Sequence record: NZ_CP023526.1
Length of the DNA stretch: 64,000 bases
Source of the DNA: a plasmid
Direction: 5' to 3' (one strand)
A program made the translations under genes and the position numbers. Shown piece after piece: positions 53,520-64,000 of this stretch. Each line of letters begins with the position of its first letter. Position 1 is the stretch's first letter. The notes under the pieces were generated by a model. It worked only from the letters and a program-made list of their open reading frames with translations. It did no database searches and was not told the origin of the DNA.

Positions 53520-54650
53520 ACCCTCTCCAGGGGTTATGCGCGTGGGTTTTGTCCGGAACGGGCGACGGATGGCGCTAAGGGCCGCCGCAGGCGGTAAAAT
53601 CCATCAGTGTATATCCTGCCAGGTATTCCACAGCAGCACTTACCCTTAGCCTTGAGTTTACGGCGCGAGCGCGGGGGACGTATCAGCTATCCAGCTGCAG
53701 CGTGAGTACGGTCATGAGAGGCTGCCTGCTTCCACCAGCAGGGCCTCAATATTGCTGAGCATCGTCAGTCGCTCGCCGAACTCTTCCCGGTCTCACAGGC
53801 CAGTACATCGCGGTAGGTTTCATCGTCCCATCTGAGGCAGGTTTTACCGGTGTGGGTGAGGCGGATCGGATTACGTCTCATGGAAATGGCCTCAAATTCG
53901 GGAGAAAAAGCGGAAGTGACTGTAATAAAAGAACCCGTACGAGGGCGGGGTTTTGAGCCAGTTCAGTGTTCAGTATTAACGGTCAAATTGGATTACATGG
54001 CAATTATAAAGTCCATGCTCACTTTTTTCGACCGTCATTCACCCAGACGATCCCCCAAATGATCACAAGGATGTACATAATCATGATGCGAAGTTCCATA
54101 TCGTATCCTTCCAACAAATCAGGGACCTGCTAGCACCGCTAGAAGGTCAGAACGTATCAGCCGAGACTCATGCCGGAGGGCGTTATCATTACCTCCACAG
54201 ACAAAACAACTGCTGCCTGAGTTTTCACTATACGCACCTTTAGTTCGAACAACTCCGGAACAGCCCACTAACGCGCCCGGAGCGCGAAGGCCAGCATCAG
54301 AGCAGTAAACGGTAACAACGTGACAGTAAATATAACGATGGCGAGTATTTTCATGAAATGCTCATTTTCAGTTGTCGCTTAACCATACAGGAATCAAACC
54401 AATGATTAGCGAAACAGATACAATTGCAACACAGAGACACAACAAAAACAGATATAAGCAAAACATAGCAACACCAAAGGTAAGAAAATGATGATTATTT
54501 TCTCGCGAGTAAAATCACGTTTTCGTAAACGGCCACATAAAGAAATATCCTAAACACGACATATCGTACATATATGTGATGCGGGGAAAATTTTCGATAA
54601 CCCAAGGGCCCGCATGATGGCGGGATTTTGGGTTATTTTGATGCGCAAGG

Positions 54651-55190
54651 TTACTCCGGGTGATCAGATTTTAATGTGATTTTACATTCGGTTATGAATT
54701 CATTTGTTGCTTTTGTTACCCCCCGAACGCCGAATTTTTCCTCCATATTTTCGCTCATCCCACGAAATCCAACGATCACATCTGCATTTGCGCTGTGAAG
54801 CTGGTAAAGAAGATGGTTAATGCCACTGCTCTCATCCTCGTCGCCCTTTGTAGACATCTGTACATAGGAGTAATTATCGCGAGTTTGCCATAATACACCC
54901 GTCACCTTGACTGGCTGCCCACCATCAATTCTAAAAGATAACACCCCCACATCGGGTGAAAGCTGAAATGGTTTACCATTTGAACCAAATTCAACTTTAA
55001 CCTCCTCTGGGGTGCATACCAAGATCAAAGTGTTGGGGCCATGAGAAGTTTCGATTTTGACACTTTTCGCATCTGAAAAAGCGTCATCCGTAACGCTTAC
55101 ATTCCAGTCGCTTGAAGGAGTTCTTAACCAGGAGTAAAAACCAATAATTAAGAGCAAAACTAGCAATCTTATTTTATTTATGTATTTTTT
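54651..55190 (-). CDS. hypothetical exported or membrane-anchored protein (start MKKYINK...)
   Basis: About 180 aa with the N-terminal hydrophobic 'IRLLVLLLIIGFYSW'. The ORF-track extension to 55304 overlaps the upstream gene and is probably not translated. Confidence 0.5.
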   Translation of the reverse strand, partial: KKYINKIRLLVLLLIIGFYSWLRTPSSDWNVSVTDDAFSDAKSVKIETSHGPNTLILVCTPEEVKVEFGSNGKPFQLSPDVGVLSFRIDGGQPVKVTGVLWQTRDNYSYVQMSTKGDEDESSGINHLLYQLHSANADVIVGFRGMSENMEEKFGVRGVTKATNEFITECKITLKSDHPE

Positions 55191-55473
55191 CATCAACCAG
55201 CAACTCCGTGGCGTCACTTGTAATTTGAGCCCATAAATCATCATTTGATTTCTTATCGATAGATTCATGTGATTTAGGTCTTGTAACTGCAGGAGATGCG
55301 CCATCTACAAACCAAACCAGCACCCCTATACCAGCAGTCGCGGCAATTAAACGGAGAATGTAATAGATTTGTTCATAAATATTTTTGGCATTAAGATCCA
55401 TATAAAACCAGGCAGCATAGGCTACGATGAGAGCTGCAATTGTTTTTTCCACTCTCTGCCTCAGCATTAACAT
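55174..55473 (-). CDS. small two-TM membrane protein
   Basis: 99 aa. TM segments 'IAALIVAYAAWFYM' and 'LIAATAGIGVLVWFV'. Its end overlaps the start of the next gene by 17 bp. Confidence 0.5.
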   Translation of the reverse strand: MLMLRQRVEKTIAALIVAYAAWFYMDLNAKNIYEQIYYILRLIAATAGIGVLVWFVDGASPAVTRPKSHESIDKKSNDDLWAQITSDATELLVDEKIHK

Positions 55474-55815
55474 ATTGAACCTCCAGTTATAAAACTAATT
55501 CTCAGGGCGAGGTTTGTTAGTGCTCGCACTTTAATCAACGCTGGAATAAAGGTCACTATGAATGGCCAGCAACTTCAGAATTATTGATTTAACGCAACAG
55601 TTATCAGGAGAAATGTCTGGAAAGTTGAATGACCTGTCAACAAAATAAAAGCCTCACAGTCCGGGCATTGAGATTTTTTTGCGTATGACGCTGGTGAACG
55701 AAGAGACTAAATTTTACCCAAAAGTTCTTCTGGTATCCACGTGGGTACCGGCACCGAAAGCCACTGAATGATATCCGGCAGCCCAGCATTTTACGGGTCG
55801 TAAATTTCCCCGTTA

Positions 55816-56283
55816 TTAGAGGCACACCACAGAATGTGATAGTCGTAACCGCCGTGGGCCACTCCGGCCTCGCAGTCTGAAAGGGGGGCTCCCCGGTTCG
55901 CCAGCGGGTATCTTCGCTAATATCCTGCGAGGCAGCCATCCCAATCTTTCCGCCCAGAATATCCGTTCCCGCACTGAAGGGCGCTCCTTCCCATCGGGAA
56001 AATCAAAGACGAACGCCATTTTACCCATCGCTATTCCCCTCTCCGGTTTTACGTCTACCCGGCATGTTGCAGGGACACTCTTCCGGATCACTGCCTTCAC
56101 TTCTGCAACCTGTTCAGGTGGTACTACAATAATCCCGGTGTAAATGCCTGCTGGCCTGGTGTCCCAGTGAAAACATTCGATGAACTCTCGTAAGACGTAT
56201 GCCCAATGGACGCCACGCTGGACAGTGAACCTGGTGTATTCCACAAGATCAATGTCGTGGGCATTAGTATCATACTGTGCCAT
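55816..56283 (-). CDS. hypothetical protein, possibly frameshifted at its 3' end
   Basis: The first ~115 aa look protein-like. The tail is Arg/Pro-rich low-complexity. Confidence 0.3.
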   Translation of the reverse strand: MAQYDTNAHDIDLVEYTRFTVQRGVHWAYVLREFIECFHWDTRPAGIYTGIIVVPPEQVAEVKAVIRKSVPATCRVDVKPERGIAMGKMAFVFDFPDGKERPSVRERIFWAERLGWLPRRILAKIPAGEPGSPPFRLRGRSGPRRLRLSHSVVCL

Positions 56284-56589
56284 AACGCATACTCCTCCCA
56301 TTCGTTACCGCGCTTCCACGTGTGCATCACACCGTTAATCTCGGGCGCCATCACCTTCAATTTGCCAGCCCACTGTTCCATGGCGGTCTCAGGCCGACCT
56401 TCTCTGGTTGGAACATTTCATGCGGCTCAGCGGCTGTGAGATAATCTATCTCAATGTTAACCATCTTAATCAGAAGGTTAAGTCATGCCACAAGAGCAGT
56501 GCTCGCCACTTTCCAGCACCGGCAGGCTGCTGTGCGGCCGGTTATTATCATGCTCAACCAGATTCGGTCCGCTGTTCCCATGTGGGCAC

Positions 56590-56719
56590 CTTGCGCATTG
56601 CCCCCACGCCAAGGCATAGACAGTTGTTAAAGATTGCAGAAGTCGAAGGGGTATCAATGGACTGGTTATTAAATGGTACCGGGGAGGTGCCAGTGCTTGA
56701 GATAAAGAACCAGAAATGA
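56590..56719 (+). pseudogene. C-terminal fragment of an XRE/phage-repressor-type HTH protein
   Basis: 'RQLLKIAEVEGVSMDWLLNGTGE' is the typical end of an HTH_3 domain. No intact N-terminus is present. Confidence 0.35.
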
Positions 56720-57914
56720 ACCATTTCAAGTAATGCAGACCAAATTCAGATGGAGATGCTTTCGTTTCTTTGTGAAGAGAAAAAACGAGGGTTACTTGAA
56801 GAGGTGGAAATGAAAGGTGTTGATATCGTTGTTTATTTTCTTGATGAAGACAACAGAGGTCGCTCCCGTAGTAAAGGGGAAAATGCTTTGAAGCCAGCCA
56901 GACCCGGCCCAGGAAGCGGCTCTGAATACACAGGAGAAAAGAGATCGTGACACTGATAGCGAATTACAAATGACCGAAAACGATCTAGCCAATATTGCAA
57001 AAAACAGGTTAGATGAAATATATTCTGGCAGGTATTTTGTCAGGTTTTTTTCTGGCCTTTGGCTAATAAACAGGCAGCGAAAAGTTTTGCGCTCTCGCTA
57101 TTTAAATCAATTTAAATGGTATTAATTTCAGAATAATCGAGTGCAGAATTATGATACATAAAAGTCGAAACGATCAAGTCTTTCAGACGAGCTCGATCGG
57201 CGAAAAGTTGTTCCCGGCCTCACAGATGCCCCAGATTTCCATTCCTGAATATAGTCACATTATTTTTTCTGAGTTGTGAATTAAATCGACTGGATATGCC
57301 CTGATGTAAAGTGCAGATTTTATTCCTGAACACCGGGATTTCAGAGACCCGTTGTTGATGCCTTTTATAGCTATTTGAAGGCCCCTGAAGCAATGGCGGT
57401 GTTTGCCCGATATGGTTTTAACATTTTGTCCAGTCTGCATGTGAAAGGAATGTCGTAACGGCGCGTCTAAAAGCTATAACAGATAAATGAAAATGGCCGG
57501 AAAGGGGCTGAGACACATTTTCAGACTATTCTTTCTGATATCAATATCTGGTCTGTCGACCATTTTTATTATTTCTTGACTTGCGTCTTTTTTCTTCAAA
57601 ATTGTCTTCCTGCTTTTAAGTAATGTCTCTCTTTGTAGTGGGTTTCTCCTGTATTCATTTAATATATGATGCGTGCTGTTTTTTTAAATTTAATTAAATT
57701 GATCGATGTCAATGGATAATAATATTTTCTTGCGTGAAAAATTGTAATGGTTATAAATGATTTGTTCATTTCATCAAAACATTAAGGGGTATGAACAAGG
57801 ATTCGATAACTGAAAATATTATATTTTTTATGAAAGAGAATGCAAGTAAAGACAATATGAGTCTGGTTTAGGCTTGGGTTGTCGTATTTTTCAGTAAAGA
57901 TGAGGAAAGGTGGA

Positions 57915-58661
57915 ATGGCAGCAAATAATGTTGCATTGGTTACGGGGGGAAATGGCGGTATTGGTTCCGCCATTACGAGAAGATTAGTGAGTGACGGGTT
58001 TCGGGTGATTGTTGCCTATTCTCCGGCGGAAGAGTCTGCTGCACAGAAGTGGTATAGAGCAGAAGAGTATTCTGAAAAAGACGTTACATTACTTCCCATG
58101 GATGTCACAGATACCAATGGCTGTGAAAGGAATATCAATAAAATACTGGCGACTGAAAAATATATTGATGTTCTGGTCAATAATGCCGGTATTACCCGGG
58201 ATGTCGCGTTTAAAAAAATGTCAGCCTCTCAGTGGGTTGATGTCATCAATGTCAACATAAATAGTCTGTTTAATGTAACGCGTCCATTATTTCCTGCCAT
58301 GTGTGAGAGAGGGTATGGCCGAATTATCAATATCTCATCCGTGAATGGGCTGAAGGGGCAATTCGGTCAGGTTAATTACTCCACTTCAAAAGCTGGGGTG
58401 ATTGGGTTTACAAAAGCCCTGGCGGCTGAAGGCGCTAAGGTTGGGGTCACGGTTAATGCCATTGCACCAGGTTATACCGGTACCCCGATGGTGGAAGCCA
58501 TGAAGCCTGATGTTCTCGCCGCAATTACAGAAGAAATACCGGTACGCCGGCTGGCCACGCCTGATGAGATCGCTGCTGCAGTTTCTTTTCTCGCCAGCCG
58601 GGAAGCGGCTTATATCACCGGCGAAACACTCTCTGTCAACGGTGGTCTGTACATGCGCTGA
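57915..58661 (+). CDS. phaB: acetoacetyl-CoA reductase (NADPH, SDR)
   Basis: 'VALVTGGNGGIGSAI', 'NNAGITRDVAFKKM', 'GRIINISSVNGLKGQFGQVNYSTSKAG' and 'LSVNGGLYM' match Ralstonia PhaB almost block for block. RBS GAGGAAAGG. Confidence 0.85.
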   Translation: MAANNVALVTGGNGGIGSAITRRLVSDGFRVIVAYSPAEESAAQKWYRAEEYSEKDVTLLPMDVTDTNGCERNINKILATEKYIDVLVNNAGITRDVAFKKMSASQWVDVINVNINSLFNVTRPLFPAMCERGYGRIINISSVNGLKGQFGQVNYSTSKAGVIGFTKALAAEGAKVGVTVNAIAPGYTGTPMVEAMKPDVLAAITEEIPVRRLATPDEIAAAVSFLASREAAYITGETLSVNGGLYMR

Positions 58662-58687
58662 GGCGTACTTCTGGAAGGTTGAAACAA

Positions 58688-59890
58688 ATGCGAATTTTTA
58701 TTGTTGCGGCCAAGCGTACGCCGATAGGCAGTTTTAGGGGGGCGTTCAGCACCGTGCCTGCCGTCACGCTTGGCGCTGCCGCGATACAGGGGACTCTGGC
58801 CGATAGTCGAATTGATGCTGGCATTGTAGATGAGGTCATTGTGGGCAACGTGATTGGCGCGGGCCAGGGGATGGGGATCGGGCGGCAGGTTGCTGTGCAG
58901 GCAGGTATTCCTCACCATGTCCCGGCCTACAGCCTGAACATGGTGTGTGGCAGCGGAATGAAGGCTGTGATGGAGGGGTGTGCACATATCAAAGCTGGTG
59001 AGAGCCGCGTTGTGGTTGCCGCCGGGACCGAAAATATGTCTCGCATTCCGTTCGCGCTGGATGCGCAGGTACGTGGCGGTGTCAGACCGGGTAACGTTGA
59101 GCTGCAGGATTTGCTGATCAGCGACGGACTTACCGATGCTTTCCACCAGTATCACATGGGGCTCACGGCGGAAAATATTGCGGTGAAGCTTGGGATCAGC
59201 CGTGAGCAGCAGGACCAGTTTGCGTTTCTGAGTCAGTTCAAGGCGGCGGCGGCGCTAGAGCAGGGGCGATTTAAAAAGGAAATTATTCCTGTTGAGGTGT
59301 CGGGGCGACATGGTGTGAGCCGGATAGACCAGGACGAATACCCTAAGCCCGACACCACACTGAGCAAACTGTCCCGCCTGACCCCGGCTTTTTGCGCGAA
59401 AGGTACTGTGACAGCCGGCAACGCATCAGGTTTGAATGACGGGGCCAGCGCCTTGCTGATTGCGTCCGAGGAGGCAGTTGAGCAATACCGGCTGGAGCCG
59501 ATGGCGGAAATACTCAGTTACGCCCAGGCTGGTGTGGATCCAGAAATTATGGGGCTTGGTCCGGTTCAGGCCACCCTCCGGGCGCTGGCAGGAGCCCGAT
59601 TACGCCTTGATGAGATAGATATCTGTGAATGTAACGAGGCATTTGCCGCCCAAACCCTGGGTGTGCTGCAGGAGCTGTCTCGGGAGACGGGGGTGTCTTT
59701 CGACACCCTGCTGGCCCGAACAAACCCTAATGGTGGTGCTATCGCGCTCGGACACCCGTTGGGGGCATCGGGTAACCGGATCGTAGTTTCTTTGCTTTAT
59801 GAAATGCGGCGTTGTGGAGCCCGACATGGACTGGCAACGCTTTGTATCGGCGGTGGTATGGGAACGGCCATTATTCTGAAAAGTCTTTAG
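58688..59890 (+). CDS. phaA: acetyl-CoA acetyltransferase (beta-ketothiolase)
   Basis: Thiolase signatures '[11 protein letters not shown]' (active Cys), '[14 protein letters not shown]' and '[12 protein letters not shown]'. Confidence 0.9.
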   Translation: MRIFIVAAKRTPIGSFRGAFSTVPAVTLGAAAIQGTLADSRIDAGIVDEVIVGNVIGAGQGMGIGRQVAVQAGIPHHVPAYSLNMVCGSGMKAVMEGCAHIKAGESRVVVAAGTENMSRIPFALDAQVRGGVRPGNVELQDLLISDGLTDAFHQYHMGLTAENIAVKLGISREQQDQFAFLSQFKAAAALEQGRFKKEIIPVEVSGRHGVSRIDQDEYPKPDTTLSKLSRLTPAFCAKGTVTAGNASGLNDGASALLIASEEAVEQYRLEPMAEILSYAQAGVDPEIMGLGPVQATLRALAGARLRLDEIDICECNEAFAAQTLGVLQELSRETGVSFDTLLARTNPNGGAIALGHPLGASGNRIVVSLLYEMRRCGARHGLATLCIGGGMGTAIILKSL

Positions 59891-59951
59891 CTTTTTGGAA
59901 GGTAATTCTCTTTTACAGTTGTGATGCTGTTTAATTATTAATTAAGGAATT

Positions 59952-60305
59952 ATGGATATGTATACACAAGCTTTCAAAAATTTTTCTGAGCAATATGAAA
60001 AAATCTTTAGTCCTTATACCCGGCTGAATAAACTCGTGGCAGAGAAAATTCAGGTTCTGACGGAGATGAATGTCAACGCACTGCAGACCTATAGCCAGGA
60101 AGGCACGACGACGCTGACGGCGCTTAGTAACGTGAAAGACTTCTCCTCCCTCACGAGTTTCAACAGCCAGCATTTACAAAGCCTGGCAAAAGTGACGCAG
60201 CAGTGTATTGACGATTGCCATCGATACAGTGAAATCGCAAAGCAGTTTAAAAAAGAAGTGGATGCGATACTTTCTGAAACCACAGCGCAGGTAAGATCTG
60301 CATGA
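59952..60305 (+). CDS. phaP: phasin-family PHA granule-associated protein
   Basis: 117-aa all-helical protein ('FKNFSEQYEKIFSPYTRLNKLVAEKIQVLTEMNVNALQTY...') located between phaA and phaC. Confidence 0.6.
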   Translation: MDMYTQAFKNFSEQYEKIFSPYTRLNKLVAEKIQVLTEMNVNALQTYSQEGTTTLTALSNVKDFSSLTSFNSQHLQSLAKVTQQCIDDCHRYSEIAKQFKKEVDAILSETTAQVRSA

Positions 60306-60365
60306 TAACGTCTCCGGCCTTATTCGGGGATACCGGGTAAGGCCGGATCATAAAGAGACAGCACA

Positions 60366-62099
60366 ATGATTGGAACGTTGATGTTAAATTATATTGATGC
60401 CCTCATCCGCATTAGCAAGGGAGGGGCTGACGATAACCCTCATTCTCCAGGTGGGATCCTTTCACCGATATTAAACAAACTCTATGAGATTAATATGGGG
60501 GATCTGAGCGCGGCGATGGCCTTGCAGTTTCAGATGTCTGAGGGCATGAATGAGCGATGGCAGGTCTGGTGGCAGCGACAAAGTGAGCTGATGTCGGGGG
60601 CTGGCTATACCGACAAAGAACAGCTGTTTTCGGCTCCGGAATGGAACAATGCGGATGCCTATACCTGCATCAAAGATCATTATCTTTACATCAGTCAGCT
60701 GATTGAAAATAGTGTGTCGTTATTACAATGCCAGGATGAAACGCTCAACATGCGCCTGAAATTTTTCAGTCGCCAGTTTTTGAGTGCGTTGTCTCCGGCT
60801 AATTTTATTTTTTCCAACCCTGAGGTTGCTGCGTTGACTGCGAAAACGCAGGGAGAAAATCTGATCGCAGGGATGAACAATCTGCTCGAGGATGCCCGGT
60901 GCAGTAATGAGGTACTGAATGTCAGGCAAGTCAGTAAAACAGCTTTTATGCCGGGTAAAAATCTGGCGACAACCCCGGGCGACGTGGTTTTCAGGAATGA
61001 AATTTGTGAGATTATTCAGTATCGGCCTTTAACAAAAATGGTTGAACACACGCCATTGCTTATCATTCCTCCGCTCATCAACAAGTTTTACATACTCGAT
61101 CTCAGTGAAACAAAATCGATGGTCAGGTGGCTTCTTGAGCAGGGGCATTGTGTCTTCATGTTGTCATGGAAAAACCCGGATCACTCTCAGCAGAATACGA
61201 ACTTTGAAAACTACGTTTTGAATGGCGTGGTCAAAGCGGTCAGTGTGGTAGAAAGCATTACCGGCAGCGATCAGGTTAATGCGGTGGGGTATTGCCTTGG
61301 TGGCACCTTACTGGCGGCGTCGGTCGCTTATTACGCGGCCAGAAGGATGAAAAAACACATTAAGAGTGCGACCTATCTGGCAACCATTATTGACTTCTCA
61401 ATGCCTGGTGAGCTGGAGGTGTTTTGCGATCCTCAACTGATCGCCGTGATTGATGAACAGAACCGGCAGCGGGGGTACATGGATGGCCGACAGCTGAATG
61501 TGACATTTAATTTATTGCGTGAGAATACGTTGTACTGGAATTACTACGTCGATCGCTATCTCAAAGGAAAATCGCTGAGCAGTTTTGATCTTCTCTACTG
61601 GAGCAGTGACAGCACAAATATGACGGCAGCCTGTTGGTACGATATTGTCCAGGGATTCTACCTTGAAAACCGTCTTGTCCAGCCCAGGTCGTGCAAAATT
61701 GGCGGCGTCTATATTGATATCACAAGGGTGGATATTCCGGCTTATTTTGTTGCAACGCAGGAAGATCACATTGCGTTGTGGCAAGGCGTTTACGAAGGGG
61801 CCCGATATTTTAAAGAGCATGCCACCTTTGTGTTGGGGAAATCAGGACATGTGGCCGGGATTATTAATCCGCCTGCCAAAGGAAAATATGGTTACTGGGA
61901 AAATTCGCAACCCTCTGAATGCCCTGATCAGTGGTTGTCGAATGCGCATGAGCATGCAGGTTCATGGTGGGAGCACTGGGGCCGTTGGTTAAAAGCAACA
62001 GAGAAAAAAGAACCGGTGACCGCGTATGCTACCGGGAATGAATTGCATCCCGTTTTGGGGGCAGCACCGGGTGAATATGTTATGGAAAAATTGGTTTAA
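60366..62099 (+). CDS. phaC: class I poly(3-hydroxyalkanoate) synthase
   Basis: 577 aa. Lipase box 'GYCLGG', 'LIIPPLINKFYILDL' and 'VFMLSWKNPD' are typical PhaC blocks. Confidence 0.85.
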   Translation: MIGTLMLNYIDALIRISKGGADDNPHSPGGILSPILNKLYEINMGDLSAAMALQFQMSEGMNERWQVWWQRQSELMSGAGYTDKEQLFSAPEWNNADAYTCIKDHYLYISQLIENSVSLLQCQDETLNMRLKFFSRQFLSALSPANFIFSNPEVAALTAKTQGENLIAGMNNLLEDARCSNEVLNVRQVSKTAFMPGKNLATTPGDVVFRNEICEIIQYRPLTKMVEHTPLLIIPPLINKFYILDLSETKSMVRWLLEQGHCVFMLSWKNPDHSQQNTNFENYVLNGVVKAVSVVESITGSDQVNAVGYCLGGTLLAASVAYYAARRMKKHIKSATYLATIIDFSMPGELEVFCDPQLIAVIDEQNRQRGYMDGRQLNVTFNLLRENTLYWNYYVDRYLKGKSLSSFDLLYWSSDSTNMTAACWYDIVQGFYLENRLVQPRSCKIGGVYIDITRVDIPAYFVATQEDHIALWQGVYEGARYFKEHATFVLGKSGHVAGIINPPAKGKYGYWENSQPSECPDQWLSNAHEHAGSWWEHWGRWLKATEKKEPVTAYATGNELHPVLGAAPGEYVMEKLV

Positions 62100-62515
62100 G
62101 AGGATGCAATAAAGCGCGATGACAAGTGTATATGGTGTCTTCAAAAAGGGAGGAAATAAGAAGATGAAAGACTTTATTCTCTTTATTGATCTTATGGTCA
62201 CGCACTTTAATCGGAATTTGAATGATGTCCTGCTGATGCTTCCCATTTCTGACGATGAGCGAAATGAGCTATCTGTACTATATAAACAAACCAAAGAAAT
62301 ATTGATTCCTCCCTCTCATACTCAGCAGAAGTGACGGGATAAAACGGCTATCTTCGTTGAAGAGGGGAATTCTTATGCCTCCCCGGGGCGATTTCTTATC
62401 GCGTGCGGTGTGCCTTCGGGGAGCCGGGATGTCCCCGGCAATGCGCCGGGTGGGAACGTCTGTATTTTCCTGCCCAGGCCGTACACGTTACGGCCACCCC
62501 TGCGGATGCTGATGG

Positions 62516-62863
62516 TTGAAAAGGGCGCGTGCCCAGGAGTATCGAGTTTGTATGAAGCATAAAATGAATTCAGACACCGGTAAATGCATGATGTGTGGCC
62601 ATCCCCTGCCTCTGCAGACTGTCCAGAAACTCTGCGATCGTTGCCTGTCTGTCTTTTCCCCCGTATCCGGTAGTCGAAAAATAATGCGGGCGATGTTAAT
62701 GCTGTTCCTGGTGATTATCATCGGTCTGGTGCTGGAGGGGCTATGGGCAACAGGTACCATTGCCCCACACAACTGGTTTTGCTCTTCACGTGCGAGAAAA
62801 TCGCTGTCCGCGAGAAAGGGGGACATGGACAGTATATTCAGGTTGTACTGCTCTTCCATTTAA
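62516..62863 (+). CDS. hypothetical zinc-ribbon membrane protein
   Basis: 'CMMCGHPL...CDRC' Cys pairs followed by the TM segment 'AMLMLFLVIIIGLVLEGLW'. Start uncertain (internal MKHKMN). Confidence 0.35.
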   Translation: MKRARAQEYRVCMKHKMNSDTGKCMMCGHPLPLQTVQKLCDRCLSVFSPVSGSRKIMRAMLMLFLVIIIGLVLEGLWATGTIAPHNWFCSSRARKSLSARKGDMDSIFRLYCSSI

Positions 62864-64000
62864 TATGTTGATTAAACTGCATTATTTACCATCTCTGAAA
62901 CCAAAAGGGGGGGGTAAGGGGCAAGCTTTTTCAACGCACCAGCTTACTGTGAAGCATATTCACCTGGTCGCCGCTCAGTTCTTCAATCCAGGCAGAATAG
63001 ACTTCGTAAACCATTTACGCGTTTTCATGTCCCATCTGACTAGCAATAAAAGAGGGGTTCGCACTGGCCGATAATAACCAGCATGCTTAAGAATGGCGTG
63101 TATGGTAGGGATTCCGGCGGCGAACTCCAGCACGTTTTACAGCGGCGTCCCAGCACTCACCAATGCTTGATACGCTGTAATACGGTTTTTGTTCACCTTT
63201 ACGCATGCGCGGCATAAAAACAAAGCGTAGGTGTTGGGTTTCCGTGCGGCCATCAAGTCCGGTCTTCTCTGCGAGTGATCCATTCCTCGTTAAAAATGAC
63301 CTGTGACATGCTGCACCTCAGCTCGGTTACACCCTTTAGTGCGTCCGTAATTTAAAAACTGAACTATGGAAATCAGGCGCCAGGGCGGCGCCCGCTGATC
63401 ATCGTTTGCTCTTATCTGGTGGCTTCACGCCCACGGACTTAAACTTCGTGAGCGTTACCATTACTTACGCAGCGCCGCAGCTGCCAGCTGTATCTGATGG
63501 CTGGGTGATTGTGCCGAAGGAGGCGACGGCGGAGATGATTTCCTCTGGTATCTGCGCCCACTATGGCCATAGCAAAATTCAAATTCATGGTAGGACTGCA
63601 GCGGGTCCGATGGAGTGTGCTTATGTGGCTTATGAATACATTACTAACATCGCGGTGTATTAATCAACGGGGAGCAGGTCAGAGGAATGAAGAGCGGTGC
63701 TAATGGTTACAAACGGGTATTGCTAAGGTCAATATGGGGGTTGCATTCACTGGCCTGTTTATTTGTGAACGCTTATTATGAGTGGCCAACTAACATCAGG
63801 CTGGTTGCTATGATGTTACCCGGCACAAGAAGCGTATAACCCTGCGTTTTGATTTCAAACATTGGGAGCATGGTTATTCTGTAAGAATGTGCCACACTTC
63901 CAGTTATCGTCCAGCCGCGTTGCTAACCCGAATGAAAAATTTTCGCTCACACCACCTATACCGCATTGCCCTGTCGATTCTTGTACTTATCCTCTGCTTG

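Overview
This window reads as a mosaic accessory region of a large Enterobacteriaceae plasmid of the IncFIB type. All calls rest on reading the ORF translations and sequence motifs by eye; no searches were run.

Backbone landmarks:
- A RepFIB-type replicon. repA (Rep_3 family) is flanked upstream by iterons plus duplicated DnaA boxes and downstream by a 60-bp tandem array that carries iterons.
- A P1-type parA-parB-parS partition cassette.
- A frameshifted finO, the distal end of an F-like transfer region.

Cargo and mobile DNA are interspersed between these landmarks:
- A plasmid-borne gldA + ATP-dependent dhaK pair for glycerol and dihydroxyacetone dissimilation.
- A minus-strand GNAT / LuxR / NCS1-permease operon.
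- A hipBA toxin-antitoxin module next to a decayed Fic-like gene.
- A ToxR/ToxS-like regulator pair.
- A GntR regulator.
- A degraded P2-type baseplate gpV gene.
- A complete phaB-phaA-phasin-phaC poly-hydroxyalkanoate cluster.
- IS elements: one intact IS3-family IS407-group copy (orfA/orfB with an A7G slippery site), an IS3 fragment that retains its left inverted repeat (IRL), and frameshifted IS110- and IS6-family transposase genes.

The most striking region is a low-GC island at about 14.5-24.1 kb. It holds three candidate anti-phage loci. The first is a three-gene, translationally coupled operon with Lamassu/DdmABC-like architecture: a predicted nuclease effector, a small middle protein and an SMC-like ABC ATPase. 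The second is an orphan 621-aa protein with a C-terminal Rx4HG (HEPN-like) motif. The third is a convergent 389-aa protein of unknown function.

A 745-bp, ~99 % identical direct repeat lies at 1-745 and 13797-14541. It comprises the 3' half of a GC-rich (~68 %) SDR oxidoreductase gene plus downstream sequence, and it brackets a 13-kb segment. The first copy runs off the window start, so its full length is unknown.

Several smaller loci are flagged for a second look: tandem Shine-Dalgarno-led mini-ORFs, an XRE + Cys-rich pair, a wHTH protein next to a TCCGAT repeat array, and an overlapping membrane/secreted gene pair.
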